A stretch of 64,000 nt of DNA from Guillardia theta CCMP2712 (GCF_000315625.1 NW_005434576.1:1-64000), one strand, 5' to 3'. Shown: positions 1-14,300, numbered from the stretch's first letter. Program-made: numbers and translations. Notes: generated by a model not told the origin, from the sequence alone.

Positions 1-320
1 CTAGAAGGTCCTTCCTCCACTGGGACCTCGTCCTCCTCTATCGCCAGCCCTCCAACGCTTCCAACTTCTCTTCCTCCTACTGGGGTGTGTTCTCCTCCCT
101 CCCTTCCGTTATCTCCTGGAAGCCTGCTGGACTTCCTCCCCACCTCCGCAGGGCCCGGCAGGAGGAGGAACGAGTTCAGCAGCTTGCTTTCGCCAGCCCG
201 ATCAGCGAGCAGAGAACTTCTGCCGCTCCTCCTCCTTCCGTCAAAATGACAGCAGGGGGGATGCCGGAGCGCTCACAGTCAACCGTGTCTGGGCAGCAGC
301 AGGAGCAGCAGGAGCAGCAT

Positions 321-366
<46 letters not shown>

Positions 367-1088
367 ATCATCATCAGCAGCAGCAGCAGCAACAACAGCA
401 GCAACAGCAGCAACAGCAGCAGCAGCAGCAGCAGGTCTCACCTCCTCCTTCCCTGAGGAATCATAGCACTCATGCGGATGGCTACTCCGACGACTGCATC
501 TCCATCGGCGACTCCGTCTCAGATCTCGAGCATGCGGCTGTGCTAGAGCATGCTCCTGTGCAGCCAGCCGCAAACTTGACTGCTAGTGATCCTTGCGAGG
601 AGGGCGAGGGATCGGACGAGCTTGTGGTACACGAGGAGCTACCCTGTCCCTCTGTCCTGCAAGCGAAGCAAACCGTGAAGAAGCTGGGCAAGAAGGAAGT
701 GGAGAGGGAAGAAGACCCAGAGAGCGAGATGGTGTCAGGGGGTGAGGAGGAGGAGGAGGAAGAGGAAGAGGAGGAGGAGGAGGAGGAGGAGCACAAGGAG
801 TCAGCGAAGGAGAGCTGGCTGAAGCGAGTGGCAGCTGGCGTGATCCACGGGGCTCGCAAGGGAGCCTGCGCCATGACAGGGTCAGGAAGCGCTACACCTC
901 GAGGCCTGCTGGGGATGGCGGACGCGATGAGCGACAGGGAGGAGAAGGGAGGGTCGACACCGAAGCCCGAGATCAAGGGAGGAGTCATGAAGAAGAGCGC
1001 ACAGCCTGAGAAGCCCAGGAAGTTCGGCTCCCAGGACCTCAGCGTTGCCCTGCAGGGCCCCCAGTTCCGGTCTAGCTCAAGGCGGTAG
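1..1088 (+). CDS. 5'-partial low-complexity protein (polyQ, polyE), function unknown
   Basis: Frame is open from the window start to TAG at 1086-1088. Contains CAG and GAG runs. No recognisable domain. Confidence 0.4.
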
Positions 1089-1099
1089 ATCTCATTGAA

Positions 1100-1545
1100 C
1101 TAAGTGACTCTCTCCGACTCTGCACTGAAGGGTACGCTGTGTATGCCAGTGGATCCGGGGCCCGGGGTGGAGTACGGTACGCCCGGCGCCGCCCGGGCCG
1201 GCCGAGCGCCGGGGGGCCGCCGGGAGGCGGCTGGCGGCTGGGCCGCGGCCGGCCGCCGGGGGCGGTACGGTACGGTACTAGCCCGGGGCAGCGGCTCCCG
1301 CTGTCCGATCATGCCCCGGCGATACGGTGGCACTGGCATGTCGTGCCGCGGCACTGTGACGGAGGGCTGAGCGAGGCGAGTCTGGCGCAGTGCCCGACCG
1401 CTGTGGGTGGCCGTTCAGAGTCGCCCCGGCCCGGGCCGTGTGACTCTCCGGAGTCCGAGGCTCAGTCCTACTCGCTCGCCGTCGGAGGCGGCCCGGCCGC
1501 CCGGCGGCCCGGGCGCCGTTGGGACTGATTTGCAAGTTAAGTGAA
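1100..1545. promoter_or_regulatory. GC-rich CCGG/GACTC/TACGGTA island upstream of the DnaJ gene
   Basis: Dense CCCGGG, GGCC, GAGTC and GTACGGTAC words. The same word set recurs at other gene 5' ends in this window. Confidence 0.45.
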
Positions 1546-2453
1546 AAGTTCAAGTCGGTTGGATATGTAATGGAGAATTAACGGCTCTGAAATCTTGCAG
1601 CCTCTGTAACGGCTGTCAGCTTTTAGATCTGAGAGGTCCTAGAATGGTCCTAGTCCAATAGGCCTTCCTACAAAGGGGTCGCGTGTGGTTCTAAAGGGAG
1701 CCTTAAGGGTAGGGGTAGTAAGTTAGGTAAATAGGGGTAATGAGTCAGTCAGGGGTAGGGGTGCTGGGTACAATCTTGGATAAGACCGGGTAGGGTAGTC
1801 TGAAAGCATGGCAAATGTAGGGTACTTCCATTTAAAATGAAGGGTGGGGGTACAGATTGTCGGAGTGCGTGGGGGTGGTGACCTCTAAAGGGAGAATGGA
1901 ATGGAGGAAACAGGGGAGTGTCGGACAGCGAGTGAGGGATGATGGAGAGAAGACGAACAAGACAAGAAGAATCGCAGAAAGTGCGATATTGAAGAGAAAG
2001 GAAGATTGATTGGCAGATGCTGAGATGCGGAGGAGATGAAGCATTGATGTACGCGGCATCCCGGAGTGTAGAAAGTGTGTGTCAGGGTAAAACCTGAGGT
2101 TGACACATGAGACATCGAATGGAAGTAGGCACGTCATGGTATGCAGTGCTCTGTAAGAAGTCTTTCAACACGACATATAGCAGTGCGACGCAATATCGAG
2201 AGTTGATTGGAGAGAAGAAAGGTCCTGCGTACGGCCAGGCTCGATTACGAAACTTTTCGTGCAGAAAGGGACAACTTTTCGTAGTTGTGGTTGTGACGAG
2301 GCTGATAGGAGCAGACACCTTGTTCGAATCTAAGTTAGGCCACTCATGATCTGATTTATCTCCTTATCCTCCTGATATGAGTTTTCTTCTGATAACGTGT
2401 TCGTTCGAAGTTCTGAAAGGACACGGTCGGTTAAACTCCAACGAGGAGTAGAA

Positions 2454-3132
2454 ATGGAAGAACTCTTTGCGGCACACAGACGTTTGGGCGTGGCTGTTAA
2501 CTCTACAGATGATGAAGTAAGATTTCATTCGATCTCTCCCTCCTTGGAAGGCGTCCCATCACGTGGCGTGCTCTAATCGCATGTCAATCAGCTAAAAAGG
2601 GCTTTTCGAAGACTAGCGCTTCAGCATCATCCGGACCGAGCCAAGGTCCCTTCATCTTCTCCATAGCAACTCCTGAAAGAAGGTTTCTCCAGGTCTCTTC
2701 CGAGGCCTGCTCGCGTCAGTTCCTTGAAGCTCAAAGGGCTTATGAGATGATATGCGACTACCGCAAGCGGCGGCAGCTTGCGCGCGAGTATGCCGCTAAG
2801 GGACCGTCACCCGCTACAGCAGAGATGCATCAGGCAGCAGGTGAGGATCTTGTTACTCTCTTCTGCCCTGTGACCCGGGCCATCCTCCATCACAGCTGCA
2901 AGTGCCGCCGCCTCTCGTGCTCCAAGGGTGATGAGCAACATGACGGCAGCGATGGCAGCAGGCGCCATCGTCTGCGCCGGAGTGTACATGGGGACATTGA
3001 AGTACAGGTGCGCGATGCCCTTTACCACCTTGTGTCCAGCTGAAGAGGAACAGGTTTGCCAAGAAGGCTCTGGAGAGACACTTGTCCGGGAGCTACGTGG
3101 TGAAGGCCGAAGAGGCTCAAGTGAGCGCATGA
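2454..3132 (+). CDS. DnaJ (J-domain) protein with C-terminal hydrophobic segment, multi-exon
   Basis: Spliced reading MEELFAAHRRLGVAVNSTDDE / LKRAFRRLALQHHPDRAK / ...QFLEAQRAYEMI carries the HPD motif. Introns at 2517-2591 and ~2646-2692. 3' end approximate. Confidence 0.85.
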
Positions 3133-3404
3133 CGAGCAAAAGACACTTAAGGACGTTCTAGGATAACGGGGATACGCATTAAAAGAGGAGCATAAGGGGA
3201 TGAAGTCAGTCCGACACAATTCCTTGTCGCAAACTTTAATCTCGAGCAACACGCAGAGAACGCAGCCAAAAGAAAAGGCATCCTCACGAGCCCGGGATTT
3301 GCGAGTTCAAAAATATTCGGCGGAAAACTCACAATCACCACGCCCTCCCCAGCCGGCATTTGATCCCCAGCTCGGGATTACCGGAGGCAATACTGACAGC
3401 ATCT

Positions 3405-4106
3405 CAGTGGGTGATAGTATCTACAGGCTCTTCATGCAGCATTGAGCCGATCAGGGCTACGGTTCCTCCGATGGCGACGAATCCTCCCATGATCGGTCCC
3501 CACGTCGTTACTCCCTCCGTGGCTGCTGATCGGAAGTGGGTGGCTGGTCCAGAACCAGTGACGTTGTTCGCTCCATTACGAGGGTCAATCTTTGGTTGTT
3601 CCTGTTGTGAAGGAGCTGGAGCAGCCTCAAGCTGACTGCAGGAGTGTCAGACAGAGTGAGATAGGAAGGAGGGTGGGGCAGAGAGGGGGCAGGGGCTGGA
3701 GAGGAGGAAGAGAAGGAAGAGCAGTATGCAGGGTGGGTGGGAGGGAGGGCAGTGGGAGAGAAAAAGGGAGAGGAGGAGGGAGAGGGATGGAGGAAGGGAG
3801 AGAGGGAGAGAGGAAACAAGGGGAGAGGGAGAGGGAGAGGGAAATGCTTACCTTGTCCACATGGACTTTTTCAGGTCGCAAAGCGACGTACATTCTTGAA
3901 ACATGGTGGCTGACTGTGGGAAAGAGTTTGTCAGGATGACAGAAAAGATGGTTAGCAATGCAAACAAGGTGACTGAAAAATGCAATATATCGATTGACTG
4001 GAGGCAATCGACGACTGCCGGATCGAAAGAGAAGGATTGGAGCACACCAGGCAAGGAAAGACAAACATTTGAATTTTCTTAAAACAAAATGACCGAAGCA
4101 TTTCAT
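3405..4106 (-). CDS. hypothetical protein with C-terminal transmembrane helix
   Basis: Terminal exon reads ...TTWGPIMGGFVAIGGTVALIGSMLHEEPVDTITH*. An upstream exon ends at a GTAAG donor near 3850. Start uncertain. Confidence 0.4.
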
Positions 4107-4757
4107 TCAAGGCAGTCTTTGACCAAAACAAACAGACACAAATATAATGATCGAAAGTACAAGGAAATTTTGCTAACGAACAAATGCATCATCAGCAACC
4201 TCGAGTTTGGTCACATAACAATACCAAATCAGACCAAGTCATGCAACGAATCATCCCCTCCAAACACAACTGCCAATCGCTCCATCTGCTGACAAACTCC
4301 CATAGAATTCCATTGGACATGTACTAGAGCAGCCCTTCATCCTTCTCACAGCCTCATATCAAAATCATTCATTGTTTTTGCAGACTTGCTATCACAAGTG
4401 AAAGGAATCGAAGAGCAGCGTCTTTCTGTTGAAGACTTCACACTACCCTGTCTCTCTTAAGCTCTTTTTGACGGGCTGTGTAACTATCATCATTTTCGGT
4501 ATCAAACCCTCCCCTCCCCTCCCCTTCCTCCCCCCCCACCATCCCTTCCTATAATGTTTTCCGCCCATGGCGACCAGAAATAGTTGTCCGTTACGGTAAC
4601 ATCAAATTCCGTTACATCAAGTCAACGTTTCTCGGAGCCCCCCGGGGTAGTAGGTGACTCGGCAGCCACTCGGAGCAGGCCCGGGTCTGAGGGGATGCGG
4701 GGCCGTGTTTGGTGGGCGGCGATGGGGATTCCTTGGTTGGGGGATGTTGGAAGGCGG

Positions 4758-6145
4758 ATGAGGAGGAGGGGAGGGAGAAGCATCAGCGTTGTTTTGAGCT
4801 GCATGTTGTCTCTCAGAGTGTGTCAGGGACTTGGCATCAGCGAGAGACTATGGACTACGTCGGACTTGTGCGGTTTCAAAGGCGTCACATCTTGCAAAGG
4901 CGCCTTGTTGTTAGCAGATGTCGGTGAGATCGTACAAGAGAAGCCAAGAGCGCCGACATTCCTCCGAGGTGCAGCGGCCGGTGCGATTGCGGGTGCATTT
5001 ACTGAGGTTGTGCTATACCCCATCGACACTCTTAAAACCAGACTACAATCTACCGGCGTGGCGAAGCTGTTACGTAGCAGGAACGTTATTAAAAGCCTAT
5101 ATGCGGGATTGCTTCCGAGTATTGCGGGATCGGTCCCAGCAAGGTATGAACACGAAGATATTTTTCTTTGTTTCTTTTGGAACACGCTGTGATCCCTCCT
5201 TATATTTGTGTTTTTCTAGCGCAATCTTTTACATGGTATATGATCAGGTGGTGAGACATTGGAAAGGTGAAAGCAAAGAGGTCTCCCATCTCCTGGGCGC
5301 TACCGTAGGAGGCATCGGTAAAACTCCATTCCGCTCCTTGTTGCTGTCCTTGAATACCTTTGCCTTGTTCCAGTGTCTTCTGTCATCCGTGTCCCTAGCG
5401 ACGTCATTAAGACTCAAATTCAAAGCGGCAATATGTTTGGAGTTCGAAATTCGATTGCGACGTAAGGATGACGTATCTCTTCTCTGTGCTTCTGAACATA
5501 CACAAGCGTGCTGAGGTCGCGAGGTTGGCGAGGAATGTATGCTGGGTATCTGGCTTTCCTGATGCGCGACATTCCCTTCGACGTCATCGAGTGAGCATAA
5601 GTTTCCCAGCCAATCCTCTGTCTCTGACCATATCGGTCGCAGGTTTGGTTCATATGCCAAGTTCAGGGAGCTGTATTCTGCAGCATCCAAGGGTGAGGGC
5701 AACCTCAAGTGAGTACTCGGTGATGGGACGATGGATGTATGACAGAGATGTGTACCTAGTCCCTTCGAAGACTCCATGCTGGGAGCAATAGCTGGAGGAC
5801 TGGCAGGAGCAGCAACTACTCCCCTTGATGTCCTGATGACTCGGCTGATGCTACAGGTCACGTCAAGTTTTGTTTTTCCTCCTGCTGAGCCTTGAAACGC
5901 ACAGGCACAGTCTTCCCAAACACCCAGGATAAGAGCTGTCCTCACAGAACTCCTCCATCGGGAGGGACCTGCAGGTAAATCCTCACGATCTCTTGTGTTT
6001 CTGCATTGCGATGGGGTGAATGGGGCGTGCAGGACTATTCAAAGGCATCGGTCCCCGTATTGCTTGGCTGGCAGCCGGGGGCCTCTGCTTCTTCGCTGCC
6101 CTAGAGCAGGCGAAGCATGCCCTTGGCCTCGATGAGCAGAGATGA
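4758..6145 (+). CDS. mitochondrial carrier family protein, S-adenosylmethionine carrier-like, multi-exon
   Basis: Px[DE]xx[KR] signatures YPIDTLKTRLQ, PSDVIKTQ and TPLDVLMTRL. Also RDIPFD and GLFKGIGPR motifs typical of SAMC/PET8. Stop TGA 6143-6145. Confidence 0.88.
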
Positions 6146-7999
6146 CGTCATGACGTCCAGACCCTCTTGTAAATATTTCCCCGTGCATTGCAAGTGAAAT
6201 CACGTTCCGGAGGACAGTGCTGTTCGCGCCATGATTCTTTGACGGGGCCTTGAAACCTCTCCTCTTCAATTTTTTATTAAGTTTTTATTTATGAACCTGT
6301 TGAACCTGCTGACCCCACCCCCCTGGTGTATTAATATCTCGGTACCAAATCTTGACAACCCCCACCCTCCGTTTTACAACTTCTCCTATTAGACCCCTTT
6401 AATGCATAACCAAATCACCCCTATCAAGGACCAGTGCATGTACCACCCCCATGGCAAGGTTTCTTGCACGAACTACCACCCTACCCTTCTTTACGACCAT
6501 GCAACCGACCCTCCTTGGAAACATATCCTTTTTTTGCAGATACGAAACTATCCTGGTGGGTGGGCCCACCCTCCTGAATCTACAGCACACACCCTTCTTG
6601 AAGGCTACCCTATACCAGATTATCATTACCCCTTAAATACCAGTCAAACACGGGGTACTTTGATTGAAAATACATAACCCTACCCCTTCAAATCTCCACC
6701 CCACCTATAGCTCGAATTGCATCTTCTCACCCCACCCCGGGTCTCTGATCCTCACGTATCGTACCGATTTGTTCGCGGGTACCCACCCATCTTGATGACG
6801 AATATTTTGGTGGAAAGGTAGGGTACCTCTGCAGACATCCAGCATCGTCCCATGGAGTTGACCCGGTTGTACCCCCACCCCCTGATACTTTCAAGTACCC
6901 CTCCATCTAAAACCATCTTAAAGGAAAACCACCCCAAGAAAGTACCACTTAAAAGCAACCACCCCCTGTTGTGATTTATTGGGAACTACCCACCCCCTCG
7001 CATAGCTGTCACCCTGATCTCATGCTAGCGTCGTCCCTCCAGCATGGCCCGATGCCTCACCAGCGCTTGTCATGCTCATCGTTCCTCCCACCCACATAAC
7101 CCCCTTGCTCGCCCTCCCAACTTTGTATCCTGCTGTTTCAACGTCTCACTCTCTTTCTATCATATCTTCATCTCCACCTGTATCTCCTCGTTCTACCTGC
7201 TTGCAAGGCATGCTACCCTTGCTCTCTGATCCTTCATGGCCTTCCTAACCTATCTCTTGTTTCGTCTATTGTTGTTTGTTGCTTTCTATCATCGAAAACT
7301 TCTGGTTCAGTTCTTTTGTACTCCTTGTCCATCTGGCCAGCCATCTCTCCATGTTACTACTTGGACCTCGCTCAAGCTCATAACTGATTCCTCTTCCCAC
7401 CTCCGCCTCCACCTTGCTTCCCTGCCGCACGCTCATCTTTATCAATATCGTCACGTATATGTGAGATCGATGGCTGGACTCACTTCTCAATCTTCTACAC
7501 CGTGTTTTGATACGCATCTTCTCAATCTTCTACACCATATTTTCATACGCATCCTCTTCAATGTCGTTGGCCATGAGAAGTTGAATATCTATCAAGTTAT
7601 TGGATTCTTCCGTTCAAAGCCCTTAACTTACTAGGTAACCCTGATTCCTTGTTCACTTTTTGCTGGTGTAGGAGTCTTGGATGGGAGTAAAGCGTCGGCT
7701 AGCTATTGATGTCACTATGGTATCGTCACTCCTTTGAGTCGAGCTCCCTTTGAATCAGATCGTTATCGACAGGGAATGGTGGCAGATGTCTTGCTCTAGA
7801 TGATCAACTGGACAAGGAAGAATGGAAGGCAATTTTTACTTGGAAGAATTTGATCGCGTGATTTTGACACGAGTGCAGGTGGCATGTTACCAGACCCGAT
7901 GCCTTCCAGGTTCGGTGTAGGGGACGCCGACGCTGTCAGGCAGCGAAAGGAGGTGCGAAGTTTGAACGTCAATGGTCGGATGTTGGTTCGATTGACATA

Positions 8000-9927
8000 C
8001 TTTGCTCTCACTGCAGGCTGAGAACCGAGCGTATGAAATCAAAATTTCGAACACCAGCAATCCCATTCATTTGCAATGGATTTTGGGGAGACAGTACCCT
8101 GTTCTGGAGGGACAGCTATATTTTATGTCAATAAGTGATTTTCGCATGCCTTGCTGCAAGGTTAGAATGCTGATGCAGCACTAGGAGAGGAAGCGAAATT
8201 AAAGGAATTGATTGAGACAAGAAGGCGGCGGGGTCAAGATGATAGGTGCTTGTTCACTACGTACCTATGGCTGCGACGTCAAAATTTGTTTCCAGGGATT
8301 TTTTCTCCATAGACAACGAACTTCTATATTTCCCTTTCTGTGCTGATTTTGGACCGTTGAACTATGGTAATTCAGGACGACAAACAATGATTTATTTGCA
8401 CTCATATGCGTTTAGGGTGTGTACAGAAATTTATTCAGGTCCTCAGAAAGAAACTCGATTTCTTTCCAAAGGTGCTCTAGTAGATACGTCTGTCTAGAAT
8501 AATTTGTTTGTCAAAAGCATGGGAAGTCAGTTGTTCTTTATACATCTGCGGATCCGAAATCACGAACAAACGCTGCAACATTATTGGGGTGTTTTTTGGT
8601 GAGTCATTGCATTGACATGTAGCAATCAAGATGCTGAACTACAATAAGGTGTTAGAGATGGATATGACTCCTGAAGAAGCCTGGGCACCGTTCGAGTGAG
8701 CTCATCGAGTGTATTGATTGAATTCTTGGCTTCCTGACTTTCAATCTCAGATTTTCCAACGCAGCTCCCTTTATTCCTTTCCATGAAGCTTCCTTCGAAT
8801 CTGACGATTTCAACCTTGTGCCTATTGATGTCCTGCAAGGCCTGTATAAAGCGAAACAGTGAGACATTATGCGCGTCAAGAGGGAACTTTCTGATACTTG
8901 GATAGGAATGGACTGCTGAGACTGGATGACTTTGACATCGAATGGTATGATTACTGCGACCATCCGAACCATGCGGATCTACATGAGATAGTTCCTGGAA
9001 AATTTGTGGCTTTCAAAGGACCCAAGGAAGAGACCGTGTACCATAAAGATACCGGAGTGATGTATTTAGCTCCCAAGGTGCTGTCCCGAATTCGTCATCT
9101 CACTTGTTTGAACTGCTTGCCGTCAGGAATATTTCACCATCTTCCAACGACTGGATGTGACAGCGGTCGTCCGTCTCAATGAACCTCAGTACCGGGCTGA
9201 GGACTTCAAGGAAGCTGGTTTCAATCACTACGACATCTACTTCGATGATTGCTCCACTCCCGATGAGGAGGTTCTCAACACATGGTTCGATGTGTGCAGG
9301 GCAGAGCAAGGCACGATAGCAGGTACACAAGACTTGCAATGTTTCCGAGTACCTGACGTGTCGATGTGTGCTAGTCCACTGTAAAGCTGGTCTTGGGAGG
9401 ACAGGGACTCTGATATGCGCGTGGCTGATGAGGAAATATCGTTTCACAGCTGCAGAGGTGATAGGATTCATTCGGGTGATGCGACCTGGAAGGTAGATCC
9501 CTATTCCCGGTCTTTCTCCTGCCATTTCCTCTTTTCCTATCAATTCTTTTCACTCTCCTTCCCTTCAGTTGCTCAACCTCTTCTTCGCTACCTCCATGTC
9601 CCAGCCATTCCTCGGTTTCTCTGCATCCCAATCCCTACCCTCCCCCGCCCTGCCCTTCTACTGTCGTCTTGTCTTCTCCCTCCTCATTCTTCTCGCAGTG
9701 TGTTGGGAGATCAACAAACGTTTCTGGAAGACAACGAAGACATCTTGTGGAGTCTGGGTGATCCAGATCTTCCACCGATCCATCCTTGTGGAGATTTACT
9801 GGTGTCGGATGTCGAGCCTGATACGGAAGAGGACTTGCGAGCGAAGGAGGCAGCGGCACGGCGGGCAAAGGAGAACACGGAAGCGATGAACAGGCAGGCG
9901 GCTATCAGAGCAGCAGCAGCAAGGTAA
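8000..9927 (+). CDS. CDC14: Cdc14-family dual-specificity phosphatase, multi-exon
   Basis: Motifs [38 protein letters not shown], catalytic [10 protein letters not shown] (~9377-9407) and IRVMRPGSV. 5' and 3' limits uncertain. Confidence 0.9.
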
Positions 9928-10433
9928 AGGCAGGAGGACATTGGAACAGGAGCAGGCAGGGGGCAATGGGGATGGGGATGGGGATGGGGATGCGGGATGG
10001 GGGATGATAGGTTCGAAACACTTTGTACACTTGCTGATAAATATTTCTCTCTGAAAGGGGATACAGCAGCTTCTTCAAGCTAATCGGCTACTGTCATTCT
10101 AAATTCTGCTTGTCTCATGTCCTTAGTGATCGAGGGTTGATGGAAGGCTGCTATAGCCTTGAAGACCCTTCTCCTCTTGCTCCTCCTCGTTCAACACCGC
10201 ATCTTGCAATGATATCTCTAGCATTGAACACCCATACTTCCTGCACGTTTCTTGGAAATATGGATCTCTTTATCGCATAATCAGACCTGCAATTGAGCTC
10301 GTCCACCAATGATTTACGGCGTGTGATCTAATCATCTATTCTCTGTTCATCTGCTCATCTATCATCTGTCATCTATTTATGCCTCATCTACTCATCTACT
10401 CATCCATCTTCTACGATCACCTACGATAACCTG

Positions 10434-10916
10434 TATTCTTCTATTCTTCTACTCTTCTACTCTTCTACTCTTCTATTCTTCTACTCTTCTACTCTTCTAT
10501 TCTTCTACTCTTCTACTCTTCTATTCTTCTACTCTTCTATTCTTCTACTCTTCTACTCTTCTATTCTTCTATTCTTCTACTCTTCTACTCTTCTACTCTT
10601 CTATTCTTCTATTCTTCTATTCTTCTACTCTTCTACTCTTCTACTCTTCTACTCTTCTATTCTTCTACTCTTCTATTCTTCTATTCTTCTATTCTTCTAT
10701 TCTTCTACTCTTCTATTCTTCTATTCTTCTACTCTTCTATTCTTCTATTCTTCTATTCTTCTATTCTTCTATTCTTCTATTCTGCTACTCTTCTATTCTT
10801 CTATTCTTCTATTCTTCTACTCTTCTATTCTTCTATTCTTCTATTCTTCTATTCTTCTATTCTTCTATTCTTCTATTCTTCTATTCTTCTATTCTTCTAT
10901 TCTTCTATTCTTCTAC
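10434..10916. repeat. 8-bp tandem repeat (TTCTAYTC)n, about 60 copies
   Basis: Uninterrupted TTCTATTC/TTCTACTC units seen directly. Confidence 0.97.
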
Positions 10917-11395
10917 TGTTCATCTATTCACATATTCATCTACCTTCTTTGTCCATCTATGTTCATCTATCATCCTTTCTCTGTGCTTTGAGCTCATTAT
11001 GTGTGCCCTACGTCGCTCTCCCGCATTCCTCAATGCCACATCATATCATAACCGGCTTTTCAACAGTACCCCTACCCCTTCTTGACATAGTATTGGTGCT
11101 GTTAGGGTAGGGTACAACCGGTCAAACTTCGGAGAGGAAAATTGAATCCCGAGGGGAGCGGGAGGAGCGGGAGGAGGGGGAGGGGAGGGGGAGGAGGGGG
11201 AGGAGAGGGAGGGGGGAAGGAGAGGGAGAGTGGGCAGGAGAAAGAAGGTAGGATGGAGGGGCAGGTACGGGGACAGGGAGAAGTGGGGACAGGGTGAGAC
11301 AGGGTGAGCTTGGGGGGGAGTGACACAAGTAAAGAGAATGAGTCAGGGAGATGGCAATTTACAAAAGAGAGATTGGGGCAAGAGAGGATGATGGG

Positions 11396-14300
11396 ATGAG
11401 AAGATGGGAAGTGCTTTCAGACATGTTACTCTTGAAATTCCGTGGCAAATGAGAATCTGAGAACCTTGCCAGGCTGTATAAAATGCTTGCGCAGCCACGG
11501 GTTGACTTGCTGCTGCGGTACACCAAGTAGCACAGAAACAGTTCGCACGGTCCCAGCATGGACCCAAAGGTGCAACACCTCTCATGCTCTTGCTGCTACT
11601 TGTAAAAGTTTCCTAGCTGGAAGCGCTGCTCGCAAAGCGAAGAGCAGCGGCTGATGCCTCGCCGAGCGGCCCTTCTGCGAGGAAGGAGAGCAGCGTTCTG
11701 TCAGAGGTGCCTCATCGTCGAGACAGATCAGATGAAGGACTCATGTCTTGACCGCAGGAAGCTGAGACGAGGAGGAAGGGTGAGGAGGACAAGCTGGAGA
11801 ACGCTCTCACGGCAATCAGCACGCGCATTCAGATCCATGAAGCGGTTTACGCAGAGGAGAAGTCGAAGCTCGAGGTCTGCTCCCTGCGCTTCTGTTCACT
11901 CTCCTTGCTGAGCCTGAGCGGCAGGACGTCTTGAAGAAGTGCAAGGAGTGCGAGCAGAATCTCCAGCAGCTTGAGGAGGAACAGAAGACCAAGTCGAAGA
12001 AGTGGAGTCCATTCCTCAAGTACGTACAGGAGGAGGAGGAGGAAGGGAGGTTGAACAGCTTGCAGGACGAACAATGCGCAGAGGGCTCGAGTTGACGAGG
12101 TGAGGAGCGAGTCCAGAGGAGGTGAAGGAGGAGTTGAAGGGTATCGCAGACGCGGAGCCAGCTCTCGAACCTCGTCTCTATGCGTTTGCTTGCTGAGCAG
12201 AAGGTGGAAGGGGCGAGGCAGGCGGTCAGCTGCGCTCTCCTGCTCCTCTTCCTCTTGACTCTACGTGTCTTAGATCGAGCGAGCGAAGGTGGAGAAGGAG
12301 CATGTGATAAGCGCTCTCGCTGCTACAAGACTTCGTCGAGGTGCTTCATCCTCCTCGGGACCACCCTCCACCTTCCTCGTTCCCTTCGCCTCCCTCCCCC
12401 CTTCCCTCCTTTGTCCCCTCCTGCCTCTCTTCCTCCTTCCTCCCCACCTTCCGTCCTTCCATCCTTCCGTGTCTCCTTCCTGCCTTCCTCCCCTCCTGCG
12501 GGTGAGGACTGATGATCAAGTCAGATCTTCTTCAGAAAGCCGCGACGCTGGCAGAGAAACCGGCCATGAATGCTGGAGGCAGCGACTCGGAGGACGGCAG
12601 GCAGCAGCCGAAGAAGAAGGAGATGACGCTGACTATGAAGGGGATCTCCCTTCCCGATAATGTGCCCATCGCTCCTCCTTCAACCCCTGTCAATGCTAGG
12701 AGCGGGGGCAGCCTAGGAGGAGGAGGAGGAGGAGGAGGAGGAAGCAGCGGAGGAGGAGGAGGAGGAGGAGGAGGAGGCAGCGGAGGAGCTGGAGGAGGAA
12801 AAGGAGGTGGTAGCCTTGGAGAGGGACGGGGCACCGAAGGCAACGAAGTTCTGCTTGCCCGTTTGGCTCGCGAGAAGAGGAAAGAGGACGAGGAAGAGAA
12901 GACGAGCACTCCTGATCAGAATGCTTCTCCTCCTGCCTTCTCCTCCCTCAAGCGACTTTCCCCAGTCGTGATCCCCCACAGATCGGCAGCGGAGGGGCCA
13001 GGGGAAGCAGCAAGCGCCTCGTCCAAGACAACAGAGCAGGTGATCTCTGCCTCGACCTTGTTTTGGGTAACGAGAAGCAGGAGAAGGAGAAAGTGGAGGT
13101 TCCTTCTGCTATCAAGAGGGCTGCAGCAGAGGTGCGGGGGCAGAGGAGAGCTCTGGCGCGATGGGCATGCGGGGCTGAGGTACTTGGATGCAGGAGGACA
13201 GAAAGGGGAGCAAAGGAGGGGAGGTGAAGCAACAGCAGCAAGACGATCTCATCTCATGCTCATTGTCGGACGAGTCGTCGGACGAAGGGGTACGAAAGTT
13301 GGAGGGAAGGAGGAAGCAGGAGAGAGAGGAAACAGGGAGAGGAAAGATGGAGGAAGAGGAGACAAAAACTGCTGGGACGGGGGAGAGGAGGTGAGAATAG
13401 TTTACATTCTGAACGATCCGTTTCAGGTCTTTGATCTGAGTCGTTCAGTCTCTCTAAAGCCCATCGATGATAATTATCTGCCAGGTATGCGCCAAAATCA
13501 CTTTATCCTCCTGCCAACTCCTTCTCCTCCTTCCCTCTGCTCATTCCCTCTCCTCCCTCCCCCCCTCCCTCCCTCTCCTCCCCCCTCTCCTCCTAACTCA
13601 TACCCGCAGAATTGTTACCAATGGGAGAAGTAGACGATCTCACTGCCTCCTCACAGTCTCGAGCAGATACGAAGCTCTCGTCTTTAGATCGTTACATCAG
13701 GGGCAGGTGCCAGCATCCCCCTCCTCCCCCTCTTCCTCGTCCTCGTCCTCCGCCTCTCCCTCGTGCTCTCTCCTGTCTGCTCCTGACCGTGATGAAGCTC
13801 TCCGACTCGACTTGCACCATTCAGCTACCGCCAGGAAGAGGAGCAAGTGAGCGAGAGAGGCGAAGGAAAATGAGGAAAATGTGTTGGGGAGGGGTGGGGG
13901 CAAAGTGGAGGAGGAGGAGGAGGAGGAGGAGGAGGAGGAGGGAGGNNNNNNNNNNNNNNNNNNNNNNNNNNNNNNNNNNNNNNNNNNNNNNNNNNNNNNN
14001 NNNNNNNNNNNNNNNNNNNNNNNNNNNNNNNNNNNNNNNNNNNNNAGAAGTGTTGATTTCTTTCGCTCCTCCTGATCACCTGGTAGCATCATCGCGTCTG
14101 ATGTGATCCCAGCTCGGCCTCCCGCTTGCATGACGTACCATCCTAAGGCAGTCGAGATGAGATTGCTTGGGGAAGAAGAGAAGAGAGGAGGAGGAGGAGG
14201 AGGAGGAGGAGGAGGAGGAGGAGGAGGAGGAGGAGGAGGAGGAGGAGGAGGAGGAGGAGGAGGACAGAAGGGGGAGGGGGAGGACAGAAGGGGGAGGGGG

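Noticed and set aside
1100-1553. Short Arg/Pro/Gly-rich ORFs in GC islands (also 36958-37676, 44007-44406, 63166-63516)
   Set aside because: Artefacts of stop-poor GC-rich DNA, with no domains and overlapping on both strands.
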